In this document: one piece after another, positions 1-11,500 of the stretch | How positions within the stretch are numbered: the first letter of the stretch is position 1 | Layout of the letters: the number at the start of each line of letters is the position of its first letter | Assembly (NCBI RefSeq): GCF_016432865.1 | Contig: NC_067400.1 | Coordinates: forward strand, 18,724,001 to 18,788,000 | Direction of reading: 5' to 3' | Length of the DNA stretch: 64,000 nt | From: Antechinus flavipes | Taxonomy: Eukaryota | Position numbers and translations under genes: made by a program | The notes under the pieces: generated by a model | What the model was told of the DNA's origin: nothing | Seen by the model: only the letters and a program-made list of their open reading frames with translations | The model's database searches: none

Positions 1-54
1 TAGATACTATTATTATTTTACATTGTACATTTACAATAATTACTATTATTATTT

Positions 55-155
55 TACATTTTACAGACGAGGAAACTGAGGCTAAGACAGGTTAAATGGC
101 TCGTGCAGCATCACACAATAAATGCCTGAAACAAATTTGAACTCAAATCTTCCTA
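55..155 (-). mobile_element. MIR/CORE-SINE fragment
   Basis: CORE motif ttttacagacgaggaaactgaggct followed by ...atttgaactcaaatcttcc. Confidence 0.65.
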
Positions 156-299
156 CTGTGCCCACCCCACTGAATCAAACCAGTTTAGCTCTGTTGTTTT
201 ACTTTTTGAACCTTGAACAATTTTGATGAGTGTGTACTGTGTTTTAGTCTGATAAAACAAAATTTCTCATTCTCTACAGCTTGCAGTCAATGTTGTGAT

Positions 300-590
300 G
301 TGGTTCCTCCATTCTGTTCCCCATTAATATCCTCATTAAGGATGCCCTTGACACATGTGGGGAAGCTGTACTCTATAAATTTTGTGTAGATGGGAAGAGA
401 TGATTTGCTGAAAAGACTCTGGGTGAGAAAATCTCCCCTCATCCTGGGTGGAAATGGGGACTTATTCATTCAGATAATTGTACCTTTACAATTTAGTATT
501 GCACATGGTTTTCTACAAGATCGCTCACTTTCTTGGCGAAAACTGGCAAGATGGATCATCAAAAAGAACATCAGAAATCAAGTCATACAG
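300..590 (+). mobile_element. Very old CR1-type LINE reverse-transcriptase remnant
   Basis: Broken frames give ILFPINILIKD...LYKFCVDG and RKLARWIIKKN. These resemble CR1 RT LFNIFINDL...KFADD and DRLEKWAEKN as recalled; weak. Confidence 0.3.
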
Positions 591-749
591 ATAACCTAAG
601 CTGGAAAATATGGGTGCATGTGTTATCTATGCTTCAAAGTGACTCTGCACCCCTCAGACAGAAACCAGACTTTATGAACAGTCTCCATTTTTTTTTTTTT
701 AAATAATGGAGGAATTATTAAGCAAACAGGCTCTAGAGACTTAAATTTA

Positions 750-930
750 TGGGGCACAGTAGGGTCAAATTTCAGATCTGAAACTTACTGGTTAAATGAT
801 TTTGGGCAAGCCACTTTCCCAAGTTTCTGTTCTTTCATTTGTTAAATGGAGATAATATTTACACTAGACCTCATTGGCTTGTTATGAGGAAAGTCCCTTA
901 TAAACCCACCAAGATTACGTAAGTATTAAG
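750..930 (+). mobile_element. MIR fragment
   Basis: ttgggcaagccacttt...catttgttaaatggagataata...ttgttatgagga. Confidence 0.55.
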
Positions 931-1189
931 TGTTGTATTTGAAAAAGTTGTCCCTCCAGAGATGAGTGCCATACTGGTCCTTCCCCCGTGTCAGGGAAGC
1001 ATAGATTCTCCCAGCCCAGACCCCATTGTCAAATTCACACCAGGCCCTAGAAAGCCTCTTTCAGCTTGATATTGATCCTGTTTGTCTCCATCCCTACTTC
1101 TGCTGAGGAATCAGGACCCCACTTCCCTTTGATTCTTGGGCTCACTACCCTGTTTCCAATAGCCATTGGTTGGGGATCATCTGCCATGA

Positions 1190-1300
1190 TATAGCTCCCT
1201 GAGGGATTTGCCAATTGCTTCATTGCCTATACAAAGCAATTTAGCACAATGCCTGGTATATAGTAGGCACTTAATATTTATTGTTTGATTGACTTGCTGG
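1190..1300 (+). mobile_element. L2 3' end
   Basis: ctccctgaggg...tagcacaatgcctggtatatagtaggcacttaat...ttgattgact, a typical L2 tail. Confidence 0.6.
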
Positions 1301-2339
1301 TGGGAAGGGGCAATCTCTAACTTTGTCTTGCCTGCAATTTGGTCAGGACAGATAGAGACAATATCTTAGAGAATGATTGGAATGGGCCTGCAATTGAGAT
1401 GGAAATAGAGACTTGAGGTGGAAAAAGTCAGGAAGAATTGAAGACATGGGCCATTCCTCTTCCAAGAGAGAGGCTTTCAATCCATTCCTGGGTCATTTGC
1501 ATTACTGGATAACTAATTATAAACAGGCACTGGCTAAAAGCTCTTTGATCTTTCTGGTCTTTTTGAGTTCTGGATTTGTTCCATGTAATACCTTCCAACT
1601 GTGTTCCCATTGTAAAAACCAAGCCCACCATCCTTGTCCCACGGGCTGCCTATTCTGCATCCTCTGAGAATGGCCAAGAAACTTGCCTGAATATCTCAGA
1701 TCCTACAACTTATTTGTGAAGGAATTTCCTTAGAAGTCCACATAGAAAAAAAAAAATTACACAAAGAAAAAGCAAAGAAAAAGTCAACACACTGAGGTCT
1801 ATGATCTCAGGATATGAAGGTTTCCTTCACCAATGCTGACTGCAGTCTTGTCATTCTGTTTGAGTTTTCCATGTCCTTCCAAAATTTCTCCATAAAGGAG
1901 CTGTCCAATATTCAATTCTGAAGGAAAATCACCTTGGGTCCAATAATCTCTGTGTTAAATTTAGGGACCTTTCACACACATTTAAGAATGAAAATCATAT
2001 AATTCCATATGCAGAGCCTTGCAAGTATTAAACCTATTTGTATGCTTGTTATCTTTGTTTCTTTATGGAAGCTTTTTACAAAGATACGCATTTTAAATCA
2101 TGAAAAAGGGTAGGAAATAATTTAAGAGGGGGGATTTCTTCTCTTGGCAGGTTAATTCTTTTAGCTATTCCCATTCCTTTAATTTGCTCGTACACATTCA
2201 TCGCTTTGGGGAACTTGTGAGCACTTCCATTCCAATATAGGATTGTTACAGTTGATTTGAATACTTCTTTTTCTCCTCTTCTCCTATCAACGCACACTTT
2301 TGGTCATTGTGTCCTTTTTTTTTCTTTTGGATATTAATA

Positions 2340-2882
2340 TTGCAGCAAATTAGTGAAGGAGGGGCTTCTCAGCCTTGCTATGGATGCGGGAAAGCTTCCT
2401 TTCTAGATTCCCACCCTCTCCTAGTTAATAAAGTAAATTGCCCTTTAACTCACAAATCCTGGTCCCTTTGAATTCCAATAGAAGATCTGACCTGTTCCCA
2501 GCCCCACCCGGATATGAGCCAACTTTGGGGCTACACCCGAAAGCCCCTCGAGCTAAGTCTCTTATTATAAAAAGGCCACGCTGGGAACCCCTCTTTGCAG
2601 AGATTCCAAACATGGCTACCATGTGAGGACCCTCTGTCCACTGGACCCTCTGTCCACTGGACCCTCTGTCCAGTGCCCTCCTTATCTCTCCCTTCGCCTA
2701 TACTTTAACTTTGCTTATCCAATAATAAACTTCTTTTATCAATCTAGCTCTCCGGGCCAATAAATGCTTTTATTGGGAACTCGCGCCACTACTAGATCCC
2801 CTTGCGCCGAATCTGTACCCCAAACCTGCCACTAGACCTTAACCCTAATTTCATTTAGGTACCCCAAAGCTAGACCTCAACA
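2340..2882 (+). mobile_element. Solo ERV LTR
   Basis: TATA-like tattataaaag at about 2563 and AATAAA at about 2724. It ends ...gacctcaaca (CA) and is CpG-richer than its flanks. The left boundary is approximate and no TSD was found. Confidence 0.65.
2627..2674 (+). repeat. 3 x 16-bp tandem repeat inside the LTR
   Basis: ggaccctctgtccact x2 plus ggaccctctgtccagt. Confidence 0.9.
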
Positions 2883-3934
2883 CTATCAGAACCTAAAGGC
2901 AGTGGACCTGGAATCCTAATAAAACTAGTAAGAGCTCATTTATTGTAGGGCTTATCTGGTAAATGGAGTAATTGCTCTGGTGAACCTTTTATGGGACTTC
3001 ATAGAATTATAGATCTAGAGTTGTAGAGACCTCAGAAGCCATCCCAACTGGTCGTCTCCCTGGCTCATCTTGTCATCTCTTCTGCCTTTGACCAGATTCT
3101 CTTTACCTGGACCGAGTGGACCCGGCTTCCAGAAATCAGGTCTCCATTTCCAGAAGAAAGAGTTAATAGCCTCAGCTTTGGAACTCCCACTTTGGAGCAG
3201 AGCTAAACTGATGAATGAATGAGCCCTAATTCAGTTTATCTAGCATAGCAACTCAGTCCACATCAGATTATCCTTCTCATTGTATCCTGATCCATTTTGT
3301 CTTTTTGTCATCTGCTGGGTCTTCGCATGATTTACTCTCCTACTTTCTTCTTGCCATCAGACACAATAATCAAATTTTTTTTTCCTGGAAGGGAGTGACA
3401 ATTGGCTATGCAAAGGTCCAACCCACCATTCTTGTCTTTCTAAGATTATCTTGTTTTTACTCTATCTGTATCTTGTTTAAATTTGTTTATATTCATTGCT
3501 GTCCCTAGGCTCCCACCCTTATTAGAATGTAAACAGGCACTTTTCTCACTTTTTCTTTGTATTCCTAGACTAGAAAAGTAAATGTTCAATAAGTGCCTTT
3601 TATTCATTCATTCAATCTTGTCCAGATCCCTCTTTTTACAGATACACAGAAAGGCATAGAAGGGTTTTAATGGGTTGGGGAGTTAATAAGTTTTTATTAA
3701 ATGTTTACTCCGCATCAGGTATTGTACTAAACATTGAGAATGGAAATACAAAAAAGGGGGAAAAACATAGTCTCTGCCCTCAAGGAATCTGGAGGGATTG
3801 GATGGGGTTATACATCTATCAGAGCTTCAGAGAAAAAAAAATTATTATCTTTATTTTATAAATGAGAAAAGAGAATAAAAGAAATTAAATATTTGTCTGC
3901 ATTTTCATGGCCAGTAAATGTCAGAGATGGGCAT

Positions 3935-4870
3935 TAAATGCTGATTTTTCTGGCTACAAAGTCCAGTCCATTTTCGTATCATCATTTTTCTAACGGATGT
4001 GCTGGATGTCTCATTGGCATCTCAAACTCAACATACCAAAATGGAACCAATGACCTCCTCTTGCCAAAGTTCTCTGTCTCTCGTGAGGATATCCCTATAC
4101 TCTCAGGCATTCAGGATTATCACTTTGGATTCTTTTTTTTTTTTTTTAATAACTTTTTATTGACAGAACCCATGCCAGGGTAATTTTTTACAGCATTATC
4201 CCTTGCACTCACTTCTGTTCCGATTTTTCTCCTCCCTCCCTCCACCCCTGTCCCCAGATGGCAAGCAGTCCTTTACATGTTGAATAGGTTACAGTATATA
4301 TCACTTTGGATTCTTTGTTGGTCCTACCCCTTTCCTAATTGCAAATATCCAATCATTTGCCAAGCCTTATCAATTTTGCTTCTACAATATCTTCTGCATT
4401 CATACACTTCTTTCAACTCCCATGACTATCACCTATAGTTCAGGCTTTCAGCCTGGATCCTGCAAAAGCTTCAGAAGTGGTTTCTTTGTTGATAATCCCT
4501 ATCCCTCTCCAGCTAATCCTCCACACAAGTGCCAGAATAATATTGTAACCAAGCTGACCGTGTCACTCCCATCCTCAGCAAACTTCAGTGGCTCCCCATT
4601 CCTTTGGGGACTCCCCAGGTCCATCCATTCAAGATCTACACTCTGTCGTCCCATCTACTCTATTTCACGAATTTTACATTACAACCAAAATGCATTTGCT
4701 GTTCCTAGAATCCACTCATCTCTCATCTCCATGCATTTGCACAAGGTGTCCCTAATGCCCTCCTGATCTCTACCTCTCAGATCCTTTTCTTCAAGGGTCA
4801 GTTCATGCCACCTTTTCTGTTTTTTTATTTTCTCCTTGATAGTGTTCTCTCTCCCATTCAAGTAGCAACC
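3935..4870 (+). mobile_element. L2 LINE fragment (interrupted by L1)
   Basis: ggatgtctcattggcatctcaaactcaacat..., tttgccaagccttatcaattttgcttctacaatatc and the L2 3' region. Confidence 0.75.
4136..4298 (-). mobile_element. 5'-truncated L1 3' end with target-site duplication
   Basis: Poly(T) plus marsupial L1 3' UTR, flanked by tatcactttggattcttt at 4118-4135 and 4299-4316. Confidence 0.85.
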
Positions 4871-4879
4871 CACAAGCAT

Positions 4880-6600
4880 TTACTGAGCAGTTTCTATATG
4901 TGCTGAGATACAAAGAAAGGCAAAAACATGATCCCTGCCTTCAAGGAGGGCATTTTAAGGGGGTTCCTAGCTAGGAGCATTTGAGACACAGAAAGACTAG
5001 ATGAAAAAAATCTGGAAAAGGAAGGCTTTGGCAGCTGAGGGCGCAAAGAAAAGCTGTGATGTATTTGAGCTGAGCCTTGAAGGAATCCAGAAAAATCAAG
5101 AGGCCTTAGGGGTGAGGGGGGGCAGAGAATTGTAAGAATAGGGGATTCATAGTGCAAGGAAGGGAGATGGAATGGTGTGCCTGAGGAGCTGAAAATGAGT
5201 GTGTATATCTGGATTGTAGAGTAGGGAGAGGGAAATAAAGTGTAAACCTGGACAGGTAGAAAGGGGTCAGATTATGATGAACTTTAAATGCCAAACATCT
5301 TTTATTTGATCTTAGTGGTAACTGTGTGGGGAAAGGTAAAGAACTTACAGATTAAGCACATATTGATCAGAGAGAGCTAAATTGATTGAAGCCTTAAGGC
5401 CTCACTCTGGGCTTCTCCAGAGTCACATGATTTTAGATAAGGCTTGGGCTACATTCCATTGTCCAAAGAAGGGATTAAAAAAGTTTAGAAGCTGTACATC
5501 ACCTTATCTACTGCATTCCACTGACCAAATAGGGGAAGAGACTTATGTGACCAATCACAACATAGAGAGGGTGGGATTTGGGGGGTTCTTTGTCTGAAAT
5601 GTATAAATACTGTGAACATTTTCAAGGGAGTGGCCCTGTCCTGCTGTGAATTTGGCTCACAGACCAGGATGGGGTCCGCTTCTCGAGATTCTAACAAATA
5701 ATTCTGCTTTCTATGAGTGATCTCTGAGTAGTCAATTTGGGGAGGTCTTTTTGTCCCAAACAATAGGGAGTTATGGGAGATCTCTGAGGGAAGGATGGGG
5801 GGATAGTCAGATCTATGCTATATCTAAGTCGCTTTGGCAACTGAGTAGAGAACGGATTGGGGTGGGGAGAAACTTGAAGCAGAGAGACAGGCTAGGAAGT
5901 TATAGAAGCAGTCCGGGCCTGAGGTGATGAATGTCTGAACCAGAGTTCTGAGTTCGAGCTGTATGAATGATGTAGATGAAGGTGACAAGGTGTTGTGGAT
6001 GTAAACTTGACAAAGTTTGGCAGTGGATTGAATATGTAGCGTAAATATGAGTGAGGAGTACGGACAATGGTTCTGAGTCAAGGATGTGAGCCTGAGTGAC
6101 TGTGAACAGGGTGGCCCTGCCAAGAGTGATAGAGAAAATTTGAAAGGAGAGAATTTCAGAGGAAAGGATTTTGGATAGATGATTTTGAGGCAGTTGGAGC
6201 TATATCATGATACATAAGGGAGAAACTAATATCAGATATAAAGATCTGGAAGTCACCCACATAGGATGATAACAGACTTTCATGAGAGCAAACAACTATA
6301 GAGAAGAGGTCCCAGGACAGAGCCTTGAGGAACATTCACCATTGATGAACAGGATTGGGTTGAAGAATCAGCAAAGAAAACTGAGAAGGGACACTTGAAT
6401 GGGTAGAAGGAAAATCAGGAGAGAGCAGAGTTGCAAAAACCTAGAGAGGACCGAATATCCAGGTGGAGGGTGATTGACAGTTCTGAAGACTTAGAAGCCA
6501 TAGAGAGTTAAGATGAGAAAAGATAATTCAATATGTTAGTTAAGAACTCACTGGTAACTTGAGCGAGGGCAGTTTAGGTTGGAGGATGAAGTCCAAAGCT
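4880..6600 (-). mobile_element. L2 LINE (interrupted by an LTR)
   Basis: Minus-strand ORF 5824-6123 (HIQSTAKLCQVYIHN...TLVQTFITSGPDCFYNFL) matches the L2 ORF2 C-terminus; L2 tail at about 4880-4960. Confidence 0.8.
5323..5762 (+). mobile_element. Solo ERV LTR inserted in L2
   Basis: TG...CA ends (tgtgtgggga...cccaaaca), CCAAT (gaccaatca) and TATA (gtataaata). The flanks rejoin to L2-like ggtaa|ataggg. Confidence 0.7.
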
Positions 6601-7908
6601 AAATTATAGAGGGTGTAAATCTTTTCATTGCAGAGGTTCTCCCATCCTACCTCATGTGATTCTGACTCAGCCACCCTTACTGAGCCATGGAAGCATGAGT
6701 GACTAATCCAGGGAAAAGTCAAAAGGTCTGATGGGTGCATCTTCTGGATTACAACTGGGTAACTTGATGACTAAACCCTTCAGCACATCATAGTGTTGGC
6801 TGGACCATGCCCCCCTCGGGTTTTTTGTTTTCTTATGGTTTTTTGCTCCGTTTGATAGCTCGGATTTTGCCTGACTCCCGTGAGGATGACTCCTTTTTTG
6901 CTCTCCTGCTTAAGTTGATCGTGTTGCTTTGGTTTTTCCAGTCTGTTTCCATCCATCTGAATCTTGGGAATTTGGCATCAGACACAGCTTTCTGGTTAGC
7001 TGGCTGTGCACTGAGCACCTGGCTCACCGACTCTTCCGAATAATTGGCTGTGGACCTTGCTCCTTCCGGGACTGAATTGTGCTATTGGACTCTAAAAGGG
7101 CTCAACCTTGGATATGGGTGGGGGACCTTGTTTTCTGCCAAGGGCCGTCTGGGTACATCATTCATGGGATACAAAATTATCAACTTATAGAACTCAAACA
7201 GTGGGAAATTCAGCATCCTGCAGTGGCCTTAGCAAATGATGCAGCCTGAGGGCCAGATGTTCCCCACCGCTGGATAGATGCAGGTGGGCATGTGCTAGAG
7301 TCAGTGTGGGTCTGCTCTAGAGCTGATGGTTAAACTTTCAAGGAGCATTTACACCTCAAAAACTGGCAAAGGCCACAATACCAGGGTTTGGCTTTGTTTT
7401 TGTTGCTTGTCTAGACTTAAGAAAATGAAAGAAAAAATGTTAACAAATGCGAAGGAATCTTCAAAGTGTGTTATATATCTTTTTATTGTTGTTTTTCTTT
7501 TTTTCCAGAGAGATTGTTAAACATTTGTCGGAACGGAAAAGTTTAGAGTGGAACAAACATTCAGATGTCCTGATAATCAGGACCTAGAAGCAGGGACTTG
7601 AAAAGGCAGATGACAAAGGAGGGTCTAGAAAGGCCCATTGAAGGATTTATGCCTCAGCTGAGTACAAAGAGTCTTTATCTGTGATTTATCTCAGCTGTAT
7701 AGGGAGAGATAGCAAGACCTGGAGCCTGGAAAACCAGTCTCCCGGATTGCAGATCTTCATTTCTAAGGGAAGTTCAGTCAGTCAGTCAACAAGCATTTAT
7801 TGGGTGTGGCTTGTGTGCCAGCCTTAACTAAGGGCTAAGTCTACAGAGAAAGGTAAAAACAGTTCCTGCTCTGGATAAGCTCACAGTCTAATGGAGGAGA
7901 CAACACTA

Positions 7909-7916
7909 GGGCGTGT

Positions 7917-7954
<38 letters not shown>

Positions 7955-7965
7955 ACATACACACA
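7909..7965. repeat. (TG)n microsatellite
   Basis: Direct read. Confidence 0.9.
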
Positions 7966-9574
7966 CATACAAAGTTTGCATTGTAATTGGGAAGATAAAA
8001 TATAACTAGGTGATAACACACATGGCAATATATTTATTCTGCCTGCACTTGCACACATACGTGTTTTTATATACATATATGTGTTAATATATTTCACAGG
8101 GATATATGAGCCTGGGAAAAACAGGGGAAAAAAGTCCAGAAAAAGGGCAAAGAGCAAAGCCCCGTGAGTGTCAGTTTGAGATGAGCACAGACGGAAGCTT
8201 CTTCCCTTAATCATCATCTCACCCAACCTGCATCTAGGCAGGAAAATCCTGACCCAGGGCCAGACCTGTTTGAACCACCCAGTTCTCGCTGCACAATCAA
8301 CAGTCGGCTCTTCATCTGGTTAGCAGACCAGAACCAGGGATAGAATGTCTGCTCTTGTTCCCAGTGGTGGACAGGGAATTTCTATTATACGTCTCTTCCG
8401 TGTGGGGATTGCGTCAGCCTCCTGTGACACATGTAGTCCCCTCTGGGGACTTCCTACATATATCATACACAATGTGCATCTATTCATATGGAATACAGAG
8501 AATATAAAACTGGTATATATTACACTAGAAATACATCGCAGTGTGCTGTTGTTCAGTTGTTTCAATCGTGACTCTTCACATTTGGAGTTTTCTTGACAAA
8601 TATACTGAAGTAGTTTGCGTTTCCTTCTCTGGTTCATTCATTCTCTGTTGAGGAAATTGAGGCAGACAGGATTAAAATGATCACCCCGGATCATATTCAG
8701 GTCTTTCTGACTCTCGGCCGGAGAGCCCTCTAGCTGCCTCATAATCCAGCAAAAAGAATAAACTGTGAAGAAAGGTAAGAAAAAAAGGTACTCCCAGGAA
8801 AGGAAAAATGGGGAAAAGCTGTAGCTAAAGATGATGGTCATGGATGGAGGAATCTCCCTTCTTTTCACCTTTGAGTGACAGCAATGGAAAGGGAACCCCG
8901 AGATCCAGCAGCAATGGGTCAAATAATTACAGTATTTTGAATGCCATCATTTTGGGTCTTCATGGTCCCCCCAGTGCCTGACAAGGAGCCTCCCACATAG
9001 TACCGAATAGAGAAAAGCTTGGCTCGAATAATCTTGGAGGGGTTACTCCAGGCTTTTGGGTGGGAATCTCCATTTCATCAATCATGTGACTTTGACTCTG
9101 AAACTTCTTTTCTCTAGTTCTAGCCCCTCTCCTCTCATTGCCCCCTGAACTTTCTAATTAGATCCACTATCAAAACTGTAATCTGTGTCTATGACTAGCT
9201 AGAGACCTATTAATGGGACATGGAGCTTGGCCACTGCAGCTCCTCTCCTTCCTGAGAAAGCTCACGACAATAATTTAGTGATTCATTTTACTGCTTACAT
9301 TTTATTTCAATGCTTATCACAGAATGGAAATTATAAAAAAAAAAAAAGATAAAGAAAAGTAAGGGAAGAGCCTTTAGACCTTGCACATATACATTGTGTG
9401 TGGGGGAAAAATTAGAAGTATGACTTAAGTAAGGTCTATATAATGCATGTACATATATGTGTGTGTGAAGTAATATCCATTTCTATCTGTGCACATAGAT
9501 GTGTGTAGATGGTGTTGGGAACTTCCATTAGGGTTGCCTCCCTTCATAATTTGATTTAGGGAACCAGCACTAAT

Positions 9575-9835
9575 TGTTGTTTGAGTCACTTAAGTCAGGA
9601 CTGAGTCTTCATGACTGCAGATGAAGTTTTCTTGGCAGAGATATTGGAGTAGTTTGCCATTTCCTTCTCTAGCTCATTTTACAGATAAGGAAACTGAGGC
9701 AAACAGGGTGAAGTGACTTGCTTAGGCTCACACGAGTATTAAGCATTAAGTATTATGAGGCTGGATTTGAACTCTCAAAGTGGAGTTTTCTTGACTCCAG
9801 TTCCAGCACTTTACTACCCCACTGATGCCCTATAA
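9575..9835 (-). mobile_element. Mar1-type CORE-SINE
   Basis: ttttcttggcagagatattggagtagtttgccatttccttctctagctcattttacagataaggaaactgaggc. Confidence 0.75.
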
Positions 9836-10080
9836 TCACTAGACTGAGGTAACAAATGTTTGCAAGTCTGTCAGAGCTAGTTAACTGGCAAAAAATGGCT
9901 GCTATCCTAATAGGATTTGATAAACTCAGTTATTTTAACAAACATCTATTGAGCACCTACTATATCCCAAACACAGATGAAAATAAAAGTCCTTACTTTG
10001 AGGAGGCTTCTGGACAATAATCTGCCCTTGTTCTTGTGTACTTGTAAATGAGATAGCGTACCAACCCTCAGTTAGCTAGG

Positions 10081-10205
10081 GCAGAGCTTCTTAAAGTTTT
10101 TCCACTTGTAACTTCTTTTCCCTAAACATTTACTAATAATAAATCATAATTTTGCAACTTCCCACATTAAGTTGGGCGACTCCAAATGGGTCATGACCTG
10201 CCAAG
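10081..10205. mobile_element. hAT-Charlie-type MITE remnant
   Basis: cagagcttcttaaagtttttccact...gggtcatgacc resembles Charlie termini. Confidence 0.35.
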
Positions 10206-11099
10206 GGCTTGGAATCAGGGAACGGTTCCTGGAGTGGACGATCATTCTGGTGTTAAGAGGATGGAAGGGTTTTGAGCATCAAAACTGAATCAGTATGAGG
10301 TGGGCGCTAAGGAACTTGGAGCTCCGTTGAGCGAGAGTAAGGTCAAAGAACTTAGAGAAGAGGATTTCCCTGGTCCAGTTTATGGTTATATCACTAGAGC
10401 ATTGACATAATAACCATGATAATAATGTCATAAAATCAGGGAGCATGGTCTGATCTGCTATCCAGGATGTGTTCTAGAGTTCATCAGTAAATATTCCCTG
10501 ACTGATTTTAAGTTAATGTATGTATATTTTGCATGGAGGATATAAATAGCTGTCCTCTAACTGATTCATCCTACAACTGAGCAGCTTTCCACTACCTTTT
10601 TGGGAAGGCCTCAGTCATTCTACATGGGAATTGAAGTCATTGGGGAGATTTTTTTGAGGATCCCTATGGCAAATGGTTATTCATTCAAGGCTTTCTGCTT
10701 TAATCCTATTAGAAAATATTTTCTTCCTTAATACTGCAAAGGAAATGCTTGAAATTAGACACAGAATGACTGGGAGGTAAAATAAAAAGATTTTCTGGCT
10801 TTCCTGGGCCTCCGAGACAGAAATGAGAACATTCCCCAATGTGTTCCCAAAATCTTGATGCCAGAGGACTCTTGGACATAAAAGTTCTATGCCTATCTTT
10901 CGAATTAATTGGAATCCCTTTAAAATGCCAGGAGAAATGCCCATCTGAGAAAATTTTGCAGGGAGCCACTTTATGTCAAGTGGGACTTCAACCACAAAAT
11001 GAAGAGTTTCAAGGTTAGAGTACTGGGAAGTAGTGATGGGACAAGTTGTGGATTCGGAGGACTTAGTTCTTTGACGTTCCTGACCTAATCAACTCCAGA

Positions 11100-11500
11100 A
11101 TCAAACACAGCTTTTAAGGCCTGTCATCACCCGGCGTCTTCTCACCTTTCCAGTCTTCCCATACTTTGTTCTTTAACCCAATGACATCCACTTCCTTGCT
11201 GTTCTACGCAGACTCTCCACCACGGGACTCTGGGAATGTCATCAGCTGTACCCCACCCCATTCCTGGAACTCTCTTTCTTAATCTCCACCTCGAGCTCCA
11301 GCTAAAGTTTCACCTTCTTCAAGACTTTCCTGGTCCTCCTTAACCTTAGTTTCTTTCCCTTGGAAATTAGTTCCAATTTACCTCATACAGTAAATAAGTT
11401 GGTGGTTTGCCAGTTGTATCTAGAGCAGGACTGTTTTCTGACATTTCTTTGTATCTAAGTGTTCAGTATACAGTAGGAACTTAATAAATGCTTGACTTCC
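11100..11500 (+). mobile_element. L2 3' region
   Basis: ctttccagtcttccc...agcaggactgttt...gtaggaacttaataaatgcttgac. Confidence 0.65.

Noticed and set aside
280-422. Plus-strand exon-like segment (ttctctacag| ... G|gtgaga)
   Set aside because: Stops in all frames, and better explained as an old CR1 remnant
2076-2297. 73-aa minus ORF (…VTILYWNG…PPLKLFPTLFHDLK…)
   Set aside because: No ATG context, splice signals or recognisable family; left uncalled pending BLAST
2340-5762. Two LTRs as the ends of one provirus
   Set aside because: The LTRs share no sequence similarity, and the interval is L2/L1 with no gag, pol or env
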